This document shows, piece after piece, positions 44,481 through 53,745 of a DNA stretch of 64,000 nt (positions within the stretch are counted from its first letter, which is position 1; every line of letters starts with the position of its first letter). The notes beneath the pieces were generated by a model. It was not told where the DNA came from and searched no databases. It worked only from the letters and a program-made list of their open reading frames with translations. Both the position numbers and the translations under genes were made by a program. This stretch comes from Thecamonas trahens ATCC 50062 (Eukaryota; Protista; Apusomonadida). The stretch is from positions 124,001-188,000 of the forward strand of contig NW_013657646.1 of assembly GCF_000142905.1 (NCBI RefSeq), given 5' to 3'.

Positions 44481-44898
44481 GCCGCGGCGGCTGCTGCTGG
44501 CAAAGCGAGGTGGTGTCAGCTAGCGCGCGCTCGCCGGCGGGAGCCCCCCTGACTGCAGGCTACGAATCCGGGATGTGATGCCATGGGCATGGGTAGGGAA
44601 TCACCACATGGCAGGGGCGAATAGCTGTGGGTAGAGAGACGAAGAGGGGGGGGGGGGGGGCAGGCAGCTGTCGGACCACCGAGATCGTGACTCGGACACG
44701 ACAGCAGGGTGCGATACGAGTCAGCGATGCTGATGTGGTGGTAGTACACCGCACAGCACGTTGCCGTCTTCGATGGAGATGGCAGCGGGCCAGGCCGGGT
44801 GGCAATGGCTGCCGAAGTGTGTGCGATGTGTGCAGTGTGTGCTGTCGAGTTGGTGACAGCACCACTTCTCGCGTTACAGGTGACAAGGAAGCGAGGGC

Positions 44899-45465
44899 AT
44901 GGCGTCGCCTGAGAGTATGGGCAGCGCCATGGAGGCGAGCATGGAGGCACGGACGGGGCGGACGCTGGACGAGTGGGTGGCGACGGTGGTGGGCTCTGGG
45001 GTGGATGAGCTGGACCAGAAGGCCGTCCGCAAGTGGCTGAGGGAGGTCCATGACGTGCCGCTCAACAGCCAGTGGGCCATTGCCCGCGCTGCGGCCAAGC
45101 AGGCCGGCTGGATCGAGCCCGATGTCGAGGGCTATGCTGCCAAGCAGTACTCGGGCGCCAAGAGCACCCTGCGCCCGATCTACGACCGCGTCCGCGATGT
45201 GGTACTCAGCGCGGGCAAGGCCGTGACCGCTGCCGGCCGGTCGACGTACATCCCGTTCACCCACAACCGCCAGTTTGCGGCGGTGAAGGCTGCAAGCCGG
45301 AGCAGGGTCGATCTCGGCCTCCGCTTCACTGATCCGCCCGAGAGCGAATTGCTCTCCACGGCCACGCCAATCGGGCAGACGACTCACAAGATAGGCCTCA
45401 AGTCGGTGGACGACGTGACGCCCGAGGTTGTGGAACTGGTGGTTGCAGCCTACGAGCAGAACTGA
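44899..45465 (+). CDS. Bacterial-type DUF4287 + DUF5655-like protein
   Basis: RTGRTLDEWV..KWLREVH (DUF4287-like). QYSGAKSTLRPIYD..TYIPF..RQFA..VDLGL..THKI..EVVELVVAAY (DUF5655-like). Intronless. Confidence 0.75.
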   Translation: MASPESMGSAMEASMEARTGRTLDEWVATVVGSGVDELDQKAVRKWLREVHDVPLNSQWAIARAAAKQAGWIEPDVEGYAAKQYSGAKSTLRPIYDRVRDVVLSAGKAVTAAGRSTYIPFTHNRQFAAVKAASRSRVDLGLRFTDPPESELLSTATPIGQTTHKIGLKSVDDVTPEVVELVVAAYEQN

Positions 45466-45514
45466 GGCAGCGAATGTGTGTGTGTCATCTCACCGGAGCT
45501 GTTTTCAGTGCGAG

Positions 45515-45746
45515 TGAGTAAACCCATTTAGAGACCGGCGTAGCAAGAGGGAAAAGCCGAGCTCCCTTTGAGCGGGATAGAGTCCGTCATGAGAAAGCAA
45601 CAACACATCGACGTAATTCATCCGAATAGCTTGGGACAGCACTTAAGTGGCTGTCTATCTACTTCCACGTCGTGGAACAGGACTTTAGTGTCCACGGTTT
45701 AGCAGACCGGCCCTTCTCCACCCTCCTTGCTCCCTCAATGGGCTCA
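45515..45746 (+). ncRNA. Putative structured RNA element, family unassigned
   Basis: Long closing helix plus about five internal hairpins; G-U pairs favour the plus strand. Confidence 0.45.
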
Positions 45747-46851
45747 GGAGGACTAACGCGGGGCAACATTTCCTTCCTTCTATCTTTCTCTACCTAATTA
45801 ATCCCCTTGCTGTCCCCATCCCCATCCTCCCAATCCCTCCTCCATCCTCCCTAATCTCAACCCTCATCTTGTCCATTATCGCCGCCGTCATCGTCGTCAG
45901 CGTCGGTCTCGCAGCCTGTCGCCTGGATCTGCTCTGCCCATCAACACCGTGTCCTCCATCTGCAACTCTGCAACTCCTCCCTTGTCTGATGACAAATCCC
46001 CCCCCACACACATACACTATCCTTCCTTCTGCTTATCTTGTATTTCCTCCGTAGCCGATATCCGCCCTCCGATGCACTAAATACACATCAATACACATCG
46101 CCGTCTTCCTCTCTTCTCCTCTCCTCCTTCTCTTCTCCTCCTTCTCTTCCCATTGCCAAACATAGCAATAACAACGACATCCAGACCAGTGCACCATCTA
46201 TGCCATTCCCTCCACCAGCATGTCGGGTGATGCTTACTATGGCACCACCATCTGATCTCTTTTTCTCTGATCATCCCTGCCCTCTCGGGGCTCGCCTTTA
46301 AATCTCCGTCCCTCCAGCCTCCATCGCCCCATCTCGCCCCCTCACACCACCCTTCCACCCCTCCCCTACCCCCCTACACTCTCCTCACCTCCATTCACTC
46401 CCTTCCACTCTCTAGCATCCCCATCACATCTCCGACCATCACTGCTACCGCCCGCAAAAATCCGCCAACGTCACCCCCCCCTCATCCACATCACCCTCGT
46501 CCTACCAAGCAAGGGTGCCCTCTTCCACACCACGTGCTCCTTACCCTCAACCATCTGCCACCCTCTCCACCACCTCGCACCGATCCCTCTTCCCCAGTTG
46601 CGATCGGCCCGAATCGCCCCCCCCCCCCCCCACCCACTCCCGCGTTCAGCCATTGATCACGTCGGGCGACCGGCGAGTCGCATTGTGCCGGCACCCGCCA
46701 GCGCCGTAGGGGCGAGGCCACCCGACGCTGTACAGGCCACGCGCCCCCCTTCGAACCGGCCCACCCCCCTCACGCGTCTGCCCCTGCCAGTACCCACTCC
46801 CCTGGAGACCTCTGCCCGCCCCCCCGCCCCGTCCTCTGCCCGCCCTCGGCC

Positions 46852-48837
46852 ATGTCCGACGCGCGGCTGGCGGCGGCCATGGCGCCGGAAAAGTCACTCC
46901 GCTCGCGACGGGTCGACCTCGACGTCAAGATGAAGATCCGGCGCGAGGAGGACAAGGACGACGGCAAGAGCGCGTTCAAGCGGGCACGGCCGCAGCTGAA
47001 GACAGGAATGGAGAGTCTAGAAGAGCGCGAGGTCCACATCAAGAAGGCCATCGAGCAGCAGGCGGCTGGCGCAGCGTCGACGGTGGCCATCCCCATCCCG
47101 CAGATCCGGGAGGTCCCGCCCGAGCGGCTCGCAGGCCCACCATTTGAGCTGCCGGACACATACCTGCGGCTGACGGTGCCGGCGTGGAACGATCCCGACT
47201 GCGGTGTGCTGTACGACATGGACGCCGACGACCTCGAGTGGCTCAACGCCCACAACGCCAAGAACCGTCGCATCTCCGAAGACGACTTTGAGGCGCTCAT
47301 TGACCGGCTGGAGAAGGCCACTAACTTTAACGTGGTGCCTGTCGAGCTCTCAGCCATCACTCTGCCGCCGACGGTCTCGGAAAAGACCGGATCGATCATC
47401 CGCGAGTACTGGATGGCCAAGCGGGTGCGGCTGGACAAACCGCTGCTGCGGCCGTTTTGGCCGCCGCCCGACCACGACAACTCGGATCCGCATCTTGCCT
47501 TCCGCCCGCTCTCGCGCACCTACTCGCGCCGAAAGAAGCCCAACGACATGACATCGTACAAGAAGCTCTGCCAGCTGAAGAAGGAGTTTGAGACCGTCAT
47601 GGAGCTGCTCCAGGAGGTCTTTACCCGCGAGGAGACGAAACGCGACCTGGCCGCCCTCCGCATCGAGATCTTTGAGCAGCTGCGGAAGGAAGACAAGAGC
47701 GGAAACAAGTTCAAGCTGCAGCTGGACCTCCCGCCGCCGCCGCGCCCGCGCCCGGCGCCCAAGGCTGCCGCCGACCCGGCCGCGTCGGCGTCGGCGCCAA
47801 CGTCAGCTGCCGCCGAAGCCACTACGCCGGCGGTGCTGGACCCGACCCGCCCCGCGCGCTCGCAGTCGACGGCCAACAAGGCATACACGACGCTGCTACA
47901 GCGCGCCAAGCTCGACGACGTGCTTGCCGAGTCGGACGACGACACCGAGATCGAGACTCTGGCCTCGCACCTCGAGTCTGTCCCGCTCCCAATCATCAAC
48001 CGCATCGGCATCCGCTGCTTGTACATGGACCCTGCGTCGCATGTGCGGATGCCCAACGCACATGCCTTTGAAGCTGCGCCTCCGACCTCGTTCCTTGCCG
48101 AGAGCGTGCCCGCGTCGTCGGCGCCCGGGCCGCCCGCGATCGGCGCCGGCGGCTACCCGACCCGAGTCATCCGCGGCGTCGCGCCTGAGGGCTCGCGCCC
48201 GCGCAAGTTCCGGGCTGTCCGGCGCATTGGTCGTGGCGGCCGCATCCTCTACGACCGGGTCCTGCCGTCGCTCTCGGACTCGGACTCGGACTCGGACGGC
48301 GAGCCGGACAGCGTGAGCGAGTTTGTCGGCTGGCCGTCGTCCCCGCTCGGCACCAAGCGCAAGCGGGCGGCGTCGCGGCATGCGTCACCGGAGCCGTCGC
48401 CTTCACCGCTCATTCCAGCCCACCCAACGCTCTTCTCGCGGCCGGTCACTCGCACCTCGCTCTACCTCGACGCGCTCAACAAGTGGTCGCACAGCAGCAC
48501 CGAGTCAGAGCTTGCCGGCGGCGAGGCCCAAGCCGCGCTCGACCAGCTGCGCGCGGTCGGCCCGCCGTCGCGGCTCGCCGAGTACGTGCACTTGGCGCAG
48601 CGGATCACCTCGCTCAAGACCATGCAGCTTGGGCCCATGGCCGAGCATCTCGGCTATCGCTCGTATGACGCCTCGCTCGACCTCTCCGCCATGCGTGCGG
48701 CTCTGGACTTTGACTGCGAGCAAGACGCCGCGGGACCGTCGCTGAACGAGTCACGGCTGCGCAAGGGCGCCGACCGGGCCGCCGAAGCGGCTATGACTAA
48801 GCCGCCGCCGGTTGTCATACCGGGCGCGGTTGCATAA
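46852..48837 (+). CDS. EPC1: Enhancer of polycomb (NuA4 subunit Epl1/EPC)
   Basis: TGMESLEEREVHI, IPIP, YDMDADDLEWL, FEALIDRLEK, YWMAKR, DPHLAFR and RRIGRGGRILYDR. Confidence 0.9.
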   Translation: MSDARLAAAMAPEKSLRSRRVDLDVKMKIRREEDKDDGKSAFKRARPQLKTGMESLEEREVHIKKAIEQQAAGAASTVAIPIPQIREVPPERLAGPPFELPDTYLRLTVPAWNDPDCGVLYDMDADDLEWLNAHNAKNRRISEDDFEALIDRLEKATNFNVVPVELSAITLPPTVSEKTGSIIREYWMAKRVRLDKPLLRPFWPPPDHDNSDPHLAFRPLSRTYSRRKKPNDMTSYKKLCQLKKEFETVMELLQEVFTREETKRDLAALRIEIFEQLRKEDKSGNKFKLQLDLPPPPRPRPAPKAAADPAASASAPTSAAAEATTPAVLDPTRPARSQSTANKAYTTLLQRAKLDDVLAESDDDTEIETLASHLESVPLPIINRIGIRCLYMDPASHVRMPNAHAFEAAPPTSFLAESVPASSAPGPPAIGAGGYPTRVIRGVAPEGSRPRKFRAVRRIGRGGRILYDRVLPSLSDSDSDSDGEPDSVSEFVGWPSSPLGTKRKRAASRHASPEPSPSPLIPAHPTLFSRPVTRTSLYLDALNKWSHSSTESELAGGEAQAALDQLRAVGPPSRLAEYVHLAQRITSLKTMQLGPMAEHLGYRSYDASLDLSAMRAALDFDCEQDAAGPSLNESRLRKGADRAAEAAMTKPPPVVIPGAVA

Positions 48838-48949
48838 ACACCTGTGGCCTTGGTCTTGAGCGCTACATGCACGACAGCTGCTGGCCCGAAGCAAAGTACA
48901 AAGCAATGACAGCTTTAATTACCAAAAAATCACTAGTCCAAACGAGTTG

Positions 48950-49035
48950 TCCGGCGTAGTCCAACGGCTAGGATATTAGCTTTTCAATTTATGATAAGCA
49001 CGCTAAGGATCCGGGTTCGATTCCCGGCGCTGGAG
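48950..49035 (+). tRNA. tRNA-Glu(TTC) with 14-nt intron (48987..49000)
   Basis: TCCGGCG-TA-GTCC AACGGCTA GGAT-A-TTAGC TT TTC A[ATTTATGATAAGCA]C GCTAA-GGAT-CCGGG TTCGATT CCCGG-CGCTGGA-G. T6 terminator at 49043-49048. Confidence 0.93.
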
Positions 49036-49595
49036 TATATTATTTTTTGCACCTTTCCCGACCCTCCTTTCCATCTTCCCTATCATGCCTTGCTCTCTCC
49101 CGTGCGCAATGGCATTGGCCATCCAGAGTGCTGCGCACTGCCTATGCGCCCATGATGCGGCGGTAAGACAGGAAGTAGGCGCACGCGCTGGCATGGGATG
49201 TTCAATCTGGTGTGTTGAGTGCCGTTTTTTGCCAATCGCCCCGCCGCCGCCGTCGCTCGCGCTTGCACTGCAGTGGAGCGTGACTACGAGGCCGAGCTCT
49301 GTCACCGCACTCACAGACCATGCTCGAGACACCTACGGTTGGGTCGTACCTTGCCGGTGCGGTGGTCATGGTTGTCGGCGTCATCCTTCCGCTGGCTTAC
49401 ATTGTGGCCAAGCACCGCGGCCTGGCGTGGAAGCCGAGCGACTGAGCGCCGTGGCGGTGCGGGGACGGTGATGCGGCGGCGATGGTCGACGATGGGAGGC
49501 TTCCGGGCGACTGCGGAGGGAGGACACGTGTAGCCGCGGGCAATGAAGACACTCGCGGGAGGCGATGGGTTGTGTGGCTGGAGATGAGAAGAGGT

Positions 49596-50960
49596 TTACG
49601 AGACAGAGCACGAGCCCGGGCCTGGGGCTCCGTCATCGGTCGGCGGCGGCCGGGAGGAGCGTTGGCCAGCGGCGGATCGGCCGACTTCGGCGGCAGCAGC
49701 GTCGTTGGAGAGCACGTTAGCCTTGTCGAGGACGATGGTCTTGTCGGCGGCGGACGGATGGTGGTGAACGTGGGGGCCGGTCTCGTAGGTGGAAGGGCCT
49801 GGGGCGGCGAGGAGGTCGCGCAACGCGGCGGCGGCTTGTGGATCGAGGTGGGGCGGAAAGGCGATGTCAAAGGCGATGTAGAGGTTGCCGCGACGTGCGG
49901 GCGTGCCGAGGTGTGGCATGCCCTCGCCCGGGACGCGGAGGACGGCACCCGGGGCGAGGACGCCGGCAGCGCGGACATCAGCGGCCGAGACGCGCAAGTT
50001 GTGGCCGGCCGGGTGGTGGATGGTGATGTGAAAGTTGCCGGTGAGGGCGTCGACCAGGGCGATGCGTTGGTGAACGACGACGTCTGCTCCGCGGATCTCC
50101 CAGCCCGTCGGTGTCTCGACGTCGACAGTGACGTACAGATCACCGGTCGGGCCAGAGCCCTGGCCGGGAACGCGGAGGGTGAGGCCTGAGAAGACGCCCG
50201 GCGGAAGGTCGACTGGAACCGAGGCCTGCTCGCGGACGCGGCCTATGCCGCGGCAACTCTTGCAGACGTCGGCGGGTGGGATGGCGACGCCGGGGCGGCC
50301 AGGCGCGGTGCGGCAGGCCGAGCATGGGCCGACCGAGGTAAAGACGGCCGATCCCATGGTCCGGCGAGTGGTAGCACGGCCTGTGCCGGAGCAGGCGGTA
50401 CAGCGATACGAGTTGCCCGAGGCTGCGCCTGTGCCGGAGCAGACGGAGCAGACGGCGACGCGATCGACGGCGACCGAGGCGCGGCCGCCACGGAAGGCCA
50501 TGTCCATGGCAATGCGGAGCGGGGCGGCGATGTCGCCACCATCGCGGCCGCCGGCAGGTCCACCACCAAACATGGCATTGACAAAGTCGGCAAAGGGATC
50601 GTCGCCCGGCGGCGGCGGATGATGCGGTGAGGCGCGGCGGTCGGGCCCGGGCGCGGCGCGGCGGGCGGCCTTCTCCGGATGGGCCAGCGCATCGTAGGCA
50701 GCCTGGATCTTAGCAAATTTGTCGGCGGCGGCCGGATCGTCGGAATTGCGGTCCGGATGGAGCCGCATGGCCAGCCGGCGGTAGGCTGTGCGTACCTCGT
50801 CGGGCGAGGCCTGTGGCGAGAGGCCGAGGACTCGGTACGGGTCGCTGCTGCTAAAGTCGGGCGCCGCCGCGTGGGCCTCGCCGCACCCACCAGCGGCCGC
50901 CACCACGGCTGCTGTGCCTGCCGCCGCCGCCACCCGCACTGCTGCCCGTGCTGCGTTCAT
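49596..50960 (-). CDS. Type I DnaJ (Hsp40) co-chaperone
   Basis: J domain with HPD, G/F region, CxxCxGxG motifs, C-terminal domain GEGMP..RGNLYI, and terminal CSVS. Confidence 0.9.
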   Translation of the reverse strand: MNAARAAVRVAAAAGTAAVVAAAGGCGEAHAAAPDFSSSDPYRVLGLSPQASPDEVRTAYRRLAMRLHPDRNSDDPAAADKFAKIQAAYDALAHPEKAARRAAPGPDRRASPHHPPPPGDDPFADFVNAMFGGGPAGGRDGGDIAAPLRIAMDMAFRGGRASVAVDRVAVCSVCSGTGAASGNSYRCTACSGTGRATTRRTMGSAVFTSVGPCSACRTAPGRPGVAIPPADVCKSCRGIGRVREQASVPVDLPPGVFSGLTLRVPGQGSGPTGDLYVTVDVETPTGWEIRGADVVVHQRIALVDALTGNFHITIHHPAGHNLRVSAADVRAAGVLAPGAVLRVPGEGMPHLGTPARRGNLYIAFDIAFPPHLDPQAAAALRDLLAAPGPSTYETGPHVHHHPSAADKTIVLDKANVLSNDAAAAEVGRSAAGQRSSRPPPTDDGAPGPGSCSVS

Positions 50961-51039
50961 TGCCTGCCTCTTGCTGCTGTCGCTCCCGCCTGCGTCAAGT
51001 GCCCGCTGCCGGGCTCGGCGCCGGCTCGTCTGGCGGGGC

Positions 51040-52644
51040 TCACGCGCCGATGAACGCGGTCAGCGCGGCGGGGGGCTCGGGGCAGGTCACACGGAATGCG
51101 GTCTCGCCGACTGGGACGGCGCGCTTGCGGTGGTGGCTGGGGCGGGGAGCAGCGGGCGATGACGATGCGCACGACGGCGCGCTCGAGCTCTCGCTCGGCG
51201 CAGAGATCGCAGCAGCATCACCGACAAACGCGTCCATGGCTCGGCTCGTCTTCGGTCTGGCCACTCTGTACCTTGTCTCGCCGGCTGGGGTGGTGGAATG
51301 ACGTGAGCGGCGGCGGCGGGTGGGACGGGGAGCAGCGGTCGATGACGATGCGCACGACGGCGCGCTCGAGCTCTCGCTTGGCGCAGAGATCACAGCAGCA
51401 TCACCGACAAACGCGTCCATGGCTCGGCTCGTCTTCGGTCTGGCCACTCTGTACCTTGTCTCGCCGGCTGGGGTGGTGCGCTTGCTGCGGCGAGAGCGGC
51501 GTGTAGCAACGACCGATGACGACGCATACGACGCACACGATGTATGGTCTGTGGACGTGGTCGTGCTCTCGCTTGGCGCAGAGATCACAGCAGCATCACC
51601 GACAAACGCGTCCATGGCTCGGCTCGTCTTCGGTCTGGCCACTCTGTACCTTGTCTCGCCGGCTGGGGTGGTGGAATGACGTGAGCGGCGGCGGCGGGTG
51701 GGACGGGGAGCAGCGGTCGATGACGATGCGCACGACGGCGCGCTCGAGCTCTCGCTTGGCGCAGAGATCGCAGCAGCATCACCGACAAACGCGTCCATGG
51801 CTCGGCTCGTCTTCGGCCTGGCCACTCTGTACCTTGTCTCGCCGGCTGGGGTGGTGCGCTTGCTGCGGCGAGAGCGGCGTGTAGCAACGACCGATGACGA
51901 CGCATACGACGCACACGATGTATAGTCTGTGGACGTGGTCGTACTCTCGCTCGGCGCAGAGATCACAGCAGCATCACCGACAAACGCGTCCATGGCTCGG
52001 CTCGTCTTCGGCCTGGCCACTCTGTACCTTGTCCCTCCGGTTGGGGGGGTGGGATGGCGGCGTGGGGCGGCGGCATCGCTGGCAAACGCGCCCATCGCTT
52101 GTCTTGTCTCGGACGACGCAAACGACGATCCACGCTGGCTCCGCCCAGCAGCTCGACCAACTGCTGAGCTTGAAGCCGACAATTCGCGACCAGCTTGGCG
52201 GCCACTGCCTGCAATGTACGCGGCCAAGGCGCTGCCGCCGTCGGTCGACTCCCAGCGATCCGAGGCGTCGGACCAAGCCACTAGGTCGGGATACATGACG
52301 AGCCGCGGACGGACGTCGAACGGAATTGCGCCGACATGGTCAGCATGACGCGCTGCTACCCGCATCTTCCCGGCTTGTAAGCCTTTGTGGCCCCTGTCGC
52401 CGTTGGCATCGCCGCTGGCGCCGCCATCGCCCGCCGGTGCGACTCGCCCACGGTTGGCGCGCCTTCGCCTCGAGCGACGGGCCACAGGCAGCGAAGCCGA
52501 CGAGGCCGAGTGCAGGACACCAAACTGGCTGGTCTCCAGGTCCACCCTGCGGTACGGCATGCTCCTGCTGCTGCACCCTATCCGCCTACTAGTGGCGAGT
52601 GCAGTGCTGCCTGAGCCCGTGCCCGTGCCCGTGCCCGTGCTCAT
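51040..52644 (-). CDS. Basic Ser/Arg-rich repeat protein of unknown function
   Basis: Open frame through five copies of TRYRVARPKTSRAMDAFVGDAA. Start taken at MSTGTG. Confidence 0.6.
   Translation of the reverse strand: MSTGTGTGTGSGSTALATSRRIGCSSRSMPYRRVDLETSQFGVLHSASSASLPVARRSRRRRANRGRVAPAGDGGASGDANGDRGHKGLQAGKMRVAARHADHVGAIPFDVRPRLVMYPDLVAWSDASDRWESTDGGSALAAYIAGSGRQAGRELSASSSAVGRAAGRSQRGSSFASSETRQAMGAFASDAAAPRRHPTPPTGGTRYRVARPKTSRAMDAFVGDAAVISAPSESTTTSTDYTSCASYASSSVVATRRSRRSKRTTPAGETRYRVARPKTSRAMDAFVGDAAAISAPSESSSAPSCASSSTAAPRPTRRRRSRHSTTPAGETRYRVARPKTSRAMDAFVGDAAVISAPSESTTTSTDHTSCASYASSSVVATRRSRRSKRTTPAGETRYRVARPKTSRAMDAFVGDAAVISAPSESSSAPSCASSSTAAPRPTRRRRSRHSTTPAGETRYRVARPKTSRAMDAFVGDAAAISAPSESSSAPSCASSSPAAPRPSHHRKRAVPVGETAFRVTCPEPPAALTAFIGA
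51135..52045. repeat. Higher-order tandem repeat: alternating 183/195-bp units (378-bp dimer)
   Basis: Anchor ccttgtc at 51271, 51454, 51649, 51832 and 52027. Confidence 0.92.
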
Positions 52645-52821
52645 GCTCTCGTGTCGGTGCCAGTGGCAGGTGATGCGGTCCCGCGCCCGCCCGCTGCTCG
52701 ATCTCACTGCCACCCGCAGACTCACCTCCCTCTCTCAGCCAATACCCACATCATGTACTTTCACGCTCCAGCAGTGCCTCCCCTGGCGGCATACAGACAG
52801 TCCCAGCATCCATCGCAACGA

Positions 52822-53457
52822 TCACGACCACCACTCGCCAAGCCCAAGCCCGTTGCCGTTGAGTGAGACAAGGAGGCAGTACGGACGCTTGTGGGCAGTC
52901 GCTGCCGACACGTCCTTGCCGTGCTCGTCGACATGCGGCGGGCGGGCGTCATCCGAGACATCGGCGCGGTGGATGTCAAAGAAGGCCTCGTCGATGATCT
53001 TAAAGGTCACCGTCTCGCCGACGGCGATGTCGAGGACCTGCGGCTCATCGGCGCCAGGCACGGCGTAGTGCCAGGCCCAGGTCTCGGACTCCTCGTTCCA
53101 CACAGCCGGCTGCGGCAGCAGGTCCGGCGTGACAAAGACGGCGTCGAAGAAGGTGAGGTCGATCTGGAGGCCGGCCGGCGAAGCAGCCTTGACCTCGCCG
53201 TACATGATCTCGCCGAGGACACCACGGAAGACATGGGCCCGAAAGACGACGTTAAAGTAGACCTCGCCGCCACCCGGGTGGATCATGCCCTCGGCCACGG
53301 TGACGAGGTCGTGGATGGAGACGACCAGCCCGACGCCGCCCACCACCGTGTCGCAGTACATCTTGCCCAGCTGGCGCACAATGGCCTCCTCTGTATTGCG
53401 CTTGAGCAGGTGCGCCTGGACCTTGACCTGCGCATCCAGCTCATGGAGCAGGAACAT
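52822..53457 (-). CDS. POLR3H: RNA polymerase III subunit RPC8/C25
   Basis: MFLL.., VGGVGLVVSIHD, IHPGGG..VVFR..VFR...GEIMYG, LTFFDAVF, and GLGLGEWW C-terminus. Confidence 0.88.
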   Translation of the reverse strand: MFLLHELDAQVKVQAHLLKRNTEEAIVRQLGKMYCDTVVGGVGLVVSIHDLVTVAEGMIHPGGGEVYFNVVFRAHVFRGVLGEIMYGEVKAASPAGLQIDLTFFDAVFVTPDLLPQPAVWNEESETWAWHYAVPGADEPQVLDIAVGETVTFKIIDEAFFDIHRADVSDDARPPHVDEHGKDVSAATAHKRPYCLLVSLNGNGLGLGEWWS

Positions 53458-53745
53458 CTGTGTCCTATCCCGTGCTCCCTCCTCCTGCTGCTGTCTCTCC
53501 TGCTCCGCCTTGCCCGCCCTCGTGCCGCGTCGAGTCGGGTGTCTGCCTCTGCCTCTCTTCGACGCGGACTTCGACCGGCCGACCCAGCCATCAACCCAGC
53601 CAGCCAGCCAGCCAGCCGCCTACCCATCCACCCATCCACCCATCCACCCACCTACCCATTCATCCACCGCCCTCTCCTCCTCCCTTCCCCCCCTCCTCGA
53701 CAACTGACAGCTCTCCGTCACAATGTGGCACAGTTTACGACGCGA

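Noticed and set aside
45519-45525. TAAACCC as a telomerase RNA template
   Set aside because: It covers only one TTTAGGG-type repeat with no alignment extension, and is partly buried in the predicted closing helix.
45548-45770. RNase MRP/P or SRP identity for the structured element
   Set aside because: CGGGGC near 45758 has no matching GAAAGUCCCC partner, and the CAGG..AGCAG spacing does not fit SRP helix 8.
51135-52045. CRISPR-like array (constant core with varying linkers)
   Set aside because: Units are 183/195 bp, linkers recur, the frame is preserved, the context is eukaryotic and there are no cas genes.
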